Source of the DNA: a virus
Taxonomy: Duplodnaviria > Caudoviricetes
Virus record (IMG/VR): IMGVR_UViG_3300020045_018213
Span: 1 to 35,296 of that record
Length of the DNA stretch: 35,296 bases
Reading direction: 5' to 3' (one strand)
The notes under the pieces are model-generated. The model was not told the DNA's origin, searched no databases, and saw nothing but the letters and a program-made list of their open reading frames with translations. The translations under genes were made by a program, and so were the position numbers. Each line of letters starts with the position of its first letter. Position 1 is the stretch's first letter. Positions 26,875 to 33,948 of this stretch are shown here, one piece after another.

Positions 26875-27091
26875 GCCTAGGCTTGACAAACGCGGACGCC
26901 CTGTCTGCGACTGCGGAGGCTACAAATTCCCGCACCGCAAAGGCAGTGGCGCCTGTTACTTCTCCCTCTACTGTGACCAGCATCACGCACTTCGCGCCGG
27001 GGCTTCGCCTGAAGAAGCCCTCGCCCTTCTCTCAGCAGCAGCCATTGAAAGGAAATACCCGAACCCACAAAACTCCCTCAATTTTGATTGA
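26864..27091 (+). CDS. Small Cys/His protein
   Basis: CDCGGYKFPHRKGSGAC motif; GTG start assumed. Confidence 0.55.
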   Translation: MSFKPRLDKRGRPVCDCGGYKFPHRKGSGACYFSLYCDQHHALRAGASPEEALALLSAAAIERKYPNPQNSLNFD

Positions 27092-27116
27092 CACGCTGGC
27101 CCTTCCCTGCCACAAT
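27088..27116 (+). promoter_or_regulatory. Sigma70-type promoter TTGACA-17-CACAAT
   Basis: Consensus -35, 17-nt spacer, upstream of the SSB gene. Confidence 0.75.
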
Positions 27117-27207
27117 CAATTCCCCAACCCGCATAGCGAGTGGCGACTGCTTGCCAAACGGGTGTTTTCACAGTCGCAATCCTCAACCCTCCTTTAAGGA
27201 AATTCTC

Positions 27208-27666
27208 ATGTCCGTCTTTTCTCCTGAACAATTCCTCGACCTCCAGATCAACGAAGCCAACGACACCAAGGTCGTCCCTGTCCCCACCGGCGAGTTCCTC
27301 GCGCTGATCGGTGAGGTCAAAGTCGTGCCGTGGGCCAAGAAGGACGACCCGTCCGTTGCCGGCCTGAAGCTGCAGATCACCTGGGAAATCGACAGCCCGG
27401 AAGTCAAGCAGCTGCTCGGCCGCGACAAGGTCACCGTGCGCCAAGACCAGATGCTGGACATGACCGAGTCTGGTGGCCTGGACATGGGCAAGGGTCGCAA
27501 CGTCGGCTTGGGCCGTCTCCGCGAAGCCACGGGCCTGAACACCCCCGGCCAGCCGTTCTCCTTCACCATGCTGACTGGTCGCATGGCCAAAGTGCTGATC
27601 AAGCACCGCGCCGGTGACGGTGACACGATCTACTCGGAAGTCAAGGGCGTGGCCAAGGTCAGCTAA
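27208..27666 (+). CDS. Putative single-stranded DNA-binding protein (DUF669-like)
   Basis: P.G.F.A.I.EVK, L.I.WEI and L.G...KV.IKH patterns; follows the Sak4-like ATPase; strong codon bias; TAAGGA RBS. Confidence 0.65.
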   Translation: MSVFSPEQFLDLQINEANDTKVVPVPTGEFLALIGEVKVVPWAKKDDPSVAGLKLQITWEIDSPEVKQLLGRDKVTVRQDQMLDMTESGGLDMGKGRNVGLGRLREATGLNTPGQPFSFTMLTGRMAKVLIKHRAGDGDTIYSEVKGVAKVS

Positions 27667-27686
27667 CTACTGCCAGCCGCCGCCAC

Positions 27687-27724
27687 TGCCCCCGAGGCGT
27701 TATTCGGGGGCACCTTTTTCTTTT
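27687..27724 (+). terminator. Rho-independent terminator
   Basis: TGCCCCCGAG/TTCGGGGGCA stem + CCTTTTTCTTTT. Confidence 0.75.
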
Positions 27725-27735
27725 GGAGCAATCCC

Positions 27736-28077
27736 ATGTCAGTCACCATCACCCCCACGGTCGGTCGCAAAGTCTACTTTTTCGCGGATGCCGAACAGTT
27801 TGAACCGCACGATGCCACCATCATCAAAGTCTGTGCCCCGCACTGGCAAGCCAATCCCTTCACCTTGGTCAACCTGTTCGTCATTGACCCTGAAGGCGAG
27901 CAGTCCACCGTGTTCAACGTGCCCTGCAGCCCCACGCCGGTGCCGTACCCCCACTTCCGCTGGATGGACTACCAGCTGAAGCAGGCGGAATCGCCGCGCA
28001 AAGCCAACTCGCAGGACGTGCCGCAGGTGGACTTGGGTTATGTGATCAAGGCAGCAAATCCCTGCCGCGGCTGCTGA
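27736..28077 (+). CDS. Hypothetical protein
   Basis: 113 aa; PTVGRKVYF...A.I..V...VNL.V.D..G pattern; GGAG RBS. Confidence 0.75.
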   Translation: MSVTITPTVGRKVYFFADAEQFEPHDATIIKVCAPHWQANPFTLVNLFVIDPEGEQSTVFNVPCSPTPVPYPHFRWMDYQLKQAESPRKANSQDVPQVDLGYVIKAANPCRGC

Positions 28078-28094
28078 ATGCCAGCAACGACGTT

Positions 28095-28310
28095 CCTCCG
28101 AGTCGCTAATCGGAGGGTATAAAGGTTGATAGCTGACTAGCAATAGGCAGGGCAGAGCGGTGGAGCGTGGGCATTGCCAGATCAGTCACCACCTCAGCTA
28201 TCGACCTTTACACCCCAACAGCCTTTGCTGCCCGCAGCATCGCAGTTGCCCGCCCGGCGTCCTCCCTGTCTCCTCCTCCCTCCGCCGGGTGTTCGCTGCT
28301 GGGGCTTTTT
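28095..28310 (+). ncRNA. Candidate structured non-coding RNA
   Basis: 22-bp stem 28115-28136/28194-28215, nested stems, C-rich loop, terminal U tract; no convincing ORF. Confidence 0.4.
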
Positions 28311-28527
28311 ATACTATCGCAAGGTTCTTACCTGTGACCGCCCTTTGTACAAAAACGCCGATTAAGCACACCCCGCAATCGGCGTTTGCTTTGGGTGGGT
28401 ATACCACGGTATCAACCCGCGAAAATAACCGCACGGCGGGGCCATTCCGGCCCGCGGCGGGGCATCCCTTCCCCCTGTTCTGTAACCCTCGCGCCACCCG
28501 GCGCATAACCCGCTGGAGTATCCCCAA

Positions 28528-29973
28528 GTGAACATCATCAACCGATCCCAGGTCGCAATTCTCCCCGACCGCCAACGGCAAGAATTCGAACCCGAAGCCA
28601 TGCAGGAGCTGATCAGTTCGATTGAAGACAACCAGCTCATGCACCCGCCAGTGCTGCGCACTCCCAATGCTGCAGACCGCGAAAAGTTCCCCGACTTCCC
28701 GCTCGATGGCAAGATGGTGCTGGTGGCTGGCGAACGCCGCTTCCGAGCAATCAGTGAAATCTACGAACTCGGTGGGCAGTTTCGTCACAACGGTCAGCTG
28801 TTTTCTGCTGAGCAAAACCGCATCCCTTACACCGACCTCGGCAGTCTCGATGAACTGTCCGCGGAAGAAGCGGAACTGGACGAGAACCTCAAACGTCGGG
28901 ACTTGTCGTGGAAAGAACTTGCCGCCGCGCACGACCGGCTGCACCGCCTGCGGGTCAAACAGCGCAATGCCGAGAACAGCGAAGCTCTGATCCTCGAGCA
29001 GCCGGTCAAGCCTTCCCACACCGTGGCCGACACCGCCCAGGAACTCACTGGCCGCCGCGATGGCGCTTACCAAGACAACATCCGCAAGGAACTGATCGTC
29101 GCCAAGCACCTGCACAACCCGGAAGTGGCAAAAGCCAAGTCTGTCGACGAGGCATTCAAGATCTTGCGCAAGCAAGAAGAGACCTCGAAGAACGTTGAGC
29201 TGGCTCGTGTGGTCGGGGCGACGTTCAATGCGGACAAACATCAGCTGTTCAACGTCAACTGCCTGAAGTACATGGCTGGCGTCGCAGAGCGTCAAGACCC
29301 GGCAGAGCTATTTGACGTCATCCTGACCGACCCGCCTTATGGCATGGGAGCCCACGAATTTGGTGATGGCGCAGGCAAGGTCGCGAACAGCGAGCATCAC
29401 TATGACGACTCCTACGAGAACTGGAAGCTTCTCATGGGAGGGGATCATGGAATGGGTGTCGAAGGTTGGTGCGAACTGTCCTACAAAGTCTGCAAGCCAC
29501 AGGCTCACGCCTATGTCTTTTGCGATATCGACCGCTTCCACGAACTCAAGACGATGATGCAGTTCTTCGGCTGGTACGTCTTCCGCACACCCCTGATCAA
29601 CCACAAGATGAACTCCGGCCGCGTGCCCTTGCCAGACAAAGGCCCGCGTCGCCAGTACGAAATCATCCTCTATGCAATCAAAGGCGGCAAGACCACGACT
29701 CACATCTATCCTGACGTGATCAGCACTTCCGCCGACGAAAACCTGACCCACGGTGCGCAGAAGCCTGTTGCCTTGTACCAGAATCTGCTGCAACGCAGTG
29801 TCAAACCCGGCGACCGTGTTGCGGACTTTTTCGCCGGCTCCGGTACGATCTTCGAGGCCGCACACAACTTCAAGTGCTCTGCCATCGGCACCGAACAGGA
29901 GGCAGAGTACTACGGCATGTCCCTGGCCCGTCTCAAGCGTCTCAAAGCCCTGGAAGAGCCGTCGCCCTTCTAA
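28528..29973 (+). CDS. ParB-domain / beta-class amino (N6A or N4C) DNA methyltransferase fusion
   Basis: N-term L..SI....L..P.V and LVAGERRFRA (ParB Arg patch), ELDENLKR.DLSW.E, HTH-like TVADTAQEL; C-term TDPPY, HGAQKP..LY, DFFAGSGT. Confidence 0.92.
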   Translation: MNIINRSQVAILPDRQRQEFEPEAMQELISSIEDNQLMHPPVLRTPNAADREKFPDFPLDGKMVLVAGERRFRAISEIYELGGQFRHNGQLFSAEQNRIPYTDLGSLDELSAEEAELDENLKRRDLSWKELAAAHDRLHRLRVKQRNAENSEALILEQPVKPSHTVADTAQELTGRRDGAYQDNIRKELIVAKHLHNPEVAKAKSVDEAFKILRKQEETSKNVELARVVGATFNADKHQLFNVNCLKYMAGVAERQDPAELFDVILTDPPYGMGAHEFGDGAGKVANSEHHYDDSYENWKLLMGGDHGMGVEGWCELSYKVCKPQAHAYVFCDIDRFHELKTMMQFFGWYVFRTPLINHKMNSGRVPLPDKGPRRQYEIILYAIKGGKTTTHIYPDVISTSADENLTHGAQKPVALYQNLLQRSVKPGDRVADFFAGSGTIFEAAHNFKCSAIGTEQEAEYYGMSLARLKRLKALEEPSPF

Positions 29974-29978
29974 CCACT

Positions 29979-30137
29979 ATGCACAACGAGCACGTTTACA
30001 AATACTGGCGGTGGAGGGCTTGGTGCGCTGAGTCTTCCTATCGGATGCTCGCCGCCACCTTTTTCTACCAATGGGCACAAGACGAGAGGAATTCACAATG
30101 CAAGTTCAGCCATCAGGACCAGTACCTGCCAGGATAA
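29979..30137 (+). CDS. Possible small Trp-rich ORF
   Basis: Fills the MTase-polymerase gap; weak RBS. Confidence 0.3.
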   Translation: MHNEHVYKYWRWRAWCAESSYRMLAATFFYQWAQDERNSQCKFSHQDQYLPG

Positions 30138-32467
30138 TGATCGTGGGGGAAGCCCCAGGGGAGATGGAGGTCAAGCTTGGCGTACCCTTCGCTGGCTATG
30201 GCGGGCAGGAGCTTTCCAAGATGCTTGCGGAAGCCGGGATCATGCGGTCCGCTTGCTTCCTGACCAACGTCATCCGCATCCGCCCACCAGCCAATGATAT
30301 CGGAGCTTTTATCGCAATGAAGAAGGCCGACATTTCCCCGCAGCACGGTATCGTGCGTGACAAGCACTGCCTGCCGCCGGTGTGGGAGGGGCTGGAACTG
30401 CTCAAGCGCGAGATCGAGATGGTGAGACCAAACATCATCATCGCCTTGGGCAACGCTGCCATGTGGGCTTTGACAGGCAAATGGGGCATCACTTCCTGGC
30501 GGGGGTCCGTGCTGCAAACTGACCTCGACTTGGCCCTGGACTACAAGCCCAAGGTCCTGCCAACCTATTCCCCTGCTATGGTCATGCGGCAGTGGAGCTG
30601 GCGGCCCGTGCTCGTTCACGACTTGCGGCGTGCGAAGAAGCACGAGAACAGTCAGGATTTAATCCGCCCGGATTATCGGTTTGTAACCCGCCCGGATTTC
30701 GCAACTGCTTGCGAGCACCTCGACCTTCTTCAGCAGATCGCCGATGTTCGTGAACTCCCTTTGTCCTGTGACATTGAAACTCGTGCAGGGCATATTGCCT
30801 GTATCGGCCTCGCATGGTCGAAGCTCGAGGCAATCTGTTTCCCGCTGCTCTGCGTCGAGCGCAAAGACGGCTACTGGTCCGCTGAGGAAGAAGAGGTCCT
30901 CATGTGGAAGCTTTACAAACTCCTCACCCATCCAAACTGCAAGGTCATCGGCCAGAACTTCTCTTACGACGCGCAGTATTTCTACCGCCACCTTCACTAT
31001 CTCCCCAACCTCGCTCGCGACACAATGCTGGCCCAGCACGTGTGCTTCTCCAACATGCAGAAGGGTCTCGACTTCCTCTCCTCCATGTACTGCGAGCACC
31101 ACGAGTACTGGAAGGACGATGGCAAGACTTGGGATGAAAAAACCGGTGAAGATCAGCTCTGGCGCTACAACTGCCAAGACGCCGTCATCACTTTTGAAGT
31201 CGACGCCGTCGAGCAAGTCACTGTCGACACTATGAAGCTCCGCGAGGTCCACGACTTCCAACAGCGGTTATTCTGGCCAGTGCTGCGCACGATGAACAAA
31301 GGTCTGCGAGTTGACCATGCCCGCCGGAGCAGCTTCGCCATGGACCTCATGGATGAAATTGCCACTCGCGAGCAGTGGCTGATCGACGTCCTGGGAACTC
31401 CGGTCAACATCAAGTCACCTAAACAAATGCAGGAGTTGTTTTATGGAAGCCTGGGGCAGAAACCAATCATCAACCGTAAGACAGGCACGGTTACGTGTGA
31501 TGACGAGGCGCTTAGCAAGATCGCTGATCGAGAGCCTATCCTACGACCAGTCATCAAGAAAATTCAAGAGCTCCGGTCTCTTGGTGTTTTCCTCTCCACC
31601 TTCGTCAACGCACCTCTCGATATTGACGGCAGAATGCGCTGCAGTTTTAACATCGCTGGAACTGAAACCTACCGTTTTTCCTCGTCAACCAATGCGTTTG
31701 GGACAGGGCTCAACCTCCAGAATATCCCAAAGGGCGGCGGCGACGACGAACTTGAGTTACCTAATGTTCGAAGCCTCTTTATCCCCGACCCAGGGTACAC
31801 CTTCTTCGACATTGACCTATCTTCGGCTGACTTGCGAATCGTCGTTTGGGAGGCCGATGAGCCGGAGATGAAGGCCTTGCTGTTGGCAGGCCTGGACCCT
31901 TATACCGAAATCGCCAAGGAATTTTACCATGATCCGACTATCTCCAAAAAGGACCCACGTCGGCAAACTTTCAAGTCGTTCGCTCATGGGACCAATTACC
32001 TTGGCTCTGCGAAGGGGCTTGCCGAGCGTCTGGGCCTCTCAGTTCACGAAGCTGAAAAAACTCAGAAGTGGTACTTTGGCCGGTTTCCGAGGATCAAGGC
32101 GTGGCAAGACGACCTCAAGGACCAGGTGTTCAAGCGTCGGATGGTTGAGAATGTGTTCGGTTATCGCCAGTACTTCTTCGACCGCATCGAGGGTACCATT
32201 TTCAATCAGGCAGCCGCTTGGATTCCACAGTCAACTGTGGCATGCTTGATAAACCGTGCGTATGTCAAGATCGACGAGGAGCTTCCACAGGTCGACATTC
32301 TCCTTCAGGTTCATGATTCGCTGGCCGGCCAGTACCCGACTCACCTCGGAGACTGGATGAAAAACAAGATTGTCGAGGCAGCAGAAATTCCTCTGCCCTA
32401 TGACGATCCACTGACAATCCCTGTGGGGGTCAAGGTGTCAACTGCTTCCTGGGGCGATTGCGATTGA
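30098..32467 (+). CDS. polA: Family A DNA polymerase with N-terminal uracil-DNA-glycosylase-like domain and 3'-5' exonuclease
   Basis: UDG: IVGEAPG..E...PF.G..G..L, TNV...RPP.N, IIALGN.A; Exo I CDIET, Exo II NFSYD, Exo III YNCQD; Pol motif A DLSSADLR, B RQTFKSFAHGTNY, C QVHDS; ATG 30098 with GAGGA RBS. Confidence 0.95.
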   Translation: MQVQPSGPVPARIMIVGEAPGEMEVKLGVPFAGYGGQELSKMLAEAGIMRSACFLTNVIRIRPPANDIGAFIAMKKADISPQHGIVRDKHCLPPVWEGLELLKREIEMVRPNIIIALGNAAMWALTGKWGITSWRGSVLQTDLDLALDYKPKVLPTYSPAMVMRQWSWRPVLVHDLRRAKKHENSQDLIRPDYRFVTRPDFATACEHLDLLQQIADVRELPLSCDIETRAGHIACIGLAWSKLEAICFPLLCVERKDGYWSAEEEEVLMWKLYKLLTHPNCKVIGQNFSYDAQYFYRHLHYLPNLARDTMLAQHVCFSNMQKGLDFLSSMYCEHHEYWKDDGKTWDEKTGEDQLWRYNCQDAVITFEVDAVEQVTVDTMKLREVHDFQQRLFWPVLRTMNKGLRVDHARRSSFAMDLMDEIATREQWLIDVLGTPVNIKSPKQMQELFYGSLGQKPIINRKTGTVTCDDEALSKIADREPILRPVIKKIQELRSLGVFLSTFVNAPLDIDGRMRCSFNIAGTETYRFSSSTNAFGTGLNLQNIPKGGGDDELELPNVRSLFIPDPGYTFFDIDLSSADLRIVVWEADEPEMKALLLAGLDPYTEIAKEFYHDPTISKKDPRRQTFKSFAHGTNYLGSAKGLAERLGLSVHEAEKTQKWYFGRFPRIKAWQDDLKDQVFKRRMVENVFGYRQYFFDRIEGTIFNQAAAWIPQSTVACLINRAYVKIDEELPQVDILLQVHDSLAGQYPTHLGDWMKNKIVEAAEIPLPYDDPLTIPVGVKVSTASWGDCD
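30665..30695. repeat. Dispersed palindrome copy 8: CGCCCGGATTA-tcggtttg-TAACCCGCCCGG (in the UDG/exonuclease linker of polA)
   Basis: Read directly; extended by outer AATCCG...CGGATT. Confidence 0.75.
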
Positions 32468-32468
32468 T

Positions 32469-33692
32469 ATGGCAAGACACTATAAGGACTGGATTGGGGA
32501 GTACTTGCAGTATGCTGCGCACAGCGAAGCTCCGAGGCACATGCACTTCTGGTGCGCGGTGTCCGCTGTAGCTGGCGCGCTACGAAGAAAGGTCTGGATA
32601 GATCAGGCCTATTTCAAGTGGCACTGCAATATGTACATCTGCCTTGTAGCTCCCCCCGGGATTGTCAGCAAATCAACAACTGCTAGCATCGCTATTGGTT
32701 TGCTGCGGAAGGTGCCGGGGATCAAGTTTGGACCGGACGTTGTGACTTGGCCCGCTCTCGTCAGCGCCTTTGCGGACTCCACAGAAGGCTTCGACTACGA
32801 CGGCGGCATCCACGCCATGTCTGCCCTCACCCTCGAATCCTCCGAGTTCGGTAACTTGCTCAACCCCCAAGACAAGGAGATGGTCGATCTGCTTGTCAGT
32901 CTCTGGGACGGCAAGCAGGGTAACTTCGAAAAGACCACGAAGCATTCCGGGAAGGACACCGTTGAAAACCCTTGGATCAATCTAATTGCCTGCACTACCC
33001 CAGCATGGATTGCAGGCAACTTTCCCGAGTACATGATCGGGGGCGGCTTTACTTCCCGAACAATCTTTGTCTACGCTGATGAGAAAGCTAAGTATGTCGC
33101 CTATCCCGGCCTGGAAGTCCCGAAAGACATGGGTCAGCAAGCAGAGCGACTAGTCGAAGATCTGACCCATATCAGCCAACTTTGCGGCGAGTACAAACTC
33201 ACTTCGGAGGCTGTGCGTTGGGGGGAAGCTTGGTATCATACCCACTACACCACTCGGGCAGTCAACCTTGACCTCGACCGTTTTGGCGGCTACATCGCCC
33301 GCAAGCAGACACACATCCACAAGCTCGCAATGATCCTTGCGGCTAGTAGCAGTGACGAAATGTGGATCACGCCGGAGCACCTGCAGGTGGCACACTCAAT
33401 GGTCACAGATCTGGAGCCCGACATGCAGTTCGTCTTCTCCAAGATCGGGCGTTCCGATGCTTCCTTGTATACTGAGCGGCTAGTCGCCTTCGTGCACGAC
33501 AAGGGTCGCTGCCCATATTCCGAAGCCTACCGACACGTCCACACCTTTTTCCCTTCCATGAGGGACTTTGACGACGTAGTCGCCGGGTGTGTCCGTGCCG
33601 GGTATATTAAGCTTGTGCAGTCCAGTGGGGAAATGCTGATGGTAGCTGGGACCGCAATGGCTACGGCGCAGAATGGTTCGGTTCTGCGGTAG
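32469..33692 (+). CDS. DUF3987/YfjI-type P-loop protein (putative replicative helicase)
   Basis: NMY..LVAPPG.VSKST (deviant Walker A), SEFG, L..LWDG, TTP, GF.SR motifs. Confidence 0.7.
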   Translation: MARHYKDWIGEYLQYAAHSEAPRHMHFWCAVSAVAGALRRKVWIDQAYFKWHCNMYICLVAPPGIVSKSTTASIAIGLLRKVPGIKFGPDVVTWPALVSAFADSTEGFDYDGGIHAMSALTLESSEFGNLLNPQDKEMVDLLVSLWDGKQGNFEKTTKHSGKDTVENPWINLIACTTPAWIAGNFPEYMIGGGFTSRTIFVYADEKAKYVAYPGLEVPKDMGQQAERLVEDLTHISQLCGEYKLTSEAVRWGEAWYHTHYTTRAVNLDLDRFGGYIARKQTHIHKLAMILAASSSDEMWITPEHLQVAHSMVTDLEPDMQFVFSKIGRSDASLYTERLVAFVHDKGRCPYSEAYRHVHTFFPSMRDFDDVVAGCVRAGYIKLVQSSGEMLMVAGTAMATAQNGSVLR

Positions 33693-33696
33693 CCTG

Positions 33697-33939
33697 TTAG
33701 CTCAGCTCATCAAGCTGTGTTGAGTGCAGAATACCGCGTTGAGCGGCTTTCAGCTTTGCCCGCTTGAGTGGCAAGTCGTACTTGATCGCCACGTAAAGCT
33801 GGTAGGCCAGCCAGCATGCCGACAGCACACCCACCGACAAGTTGACCAGACCTGCAACCGTGCCGATGCCAAGGAGTGCTGCGAGGTAGCTCACAAAAGA
33901 CTTGAAGGTTTCAAAAGTTGTATTGTGGTGGTCTTGCAT
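33697..33939 (-). CDS. Putative holin
   Basis: 80 aa, two hydrophobic segments and a basic C-terminus, end of late operon. Confidence 0.55.
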   Translation of the reverse strand: MQDHHNTTFETFKSFVSYLAALLGIGTVAGLVNLSVGVLSACWLAYQLYVAIKYDLPLKRAKLKAAQRGILHSTQLDELS

Positions 33940-33948
33940 GGCGGGCCT

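Noticed and set aside
15661-28515. Half-sites GGGGGTTA (near 15663 and 16117) and TAACCCGCTGG (near 28506)
   Set aside because: No partner arm at 8-nt spacing, so not counted
384-30695. Palindromes as XerCD dif, loxP-type sites or CRISPR repeats
   Set aside because: dif has TAA-N6-TTA polarity; no recombinase gene seen; spacers all differ; copies are dispersed, not arrayed
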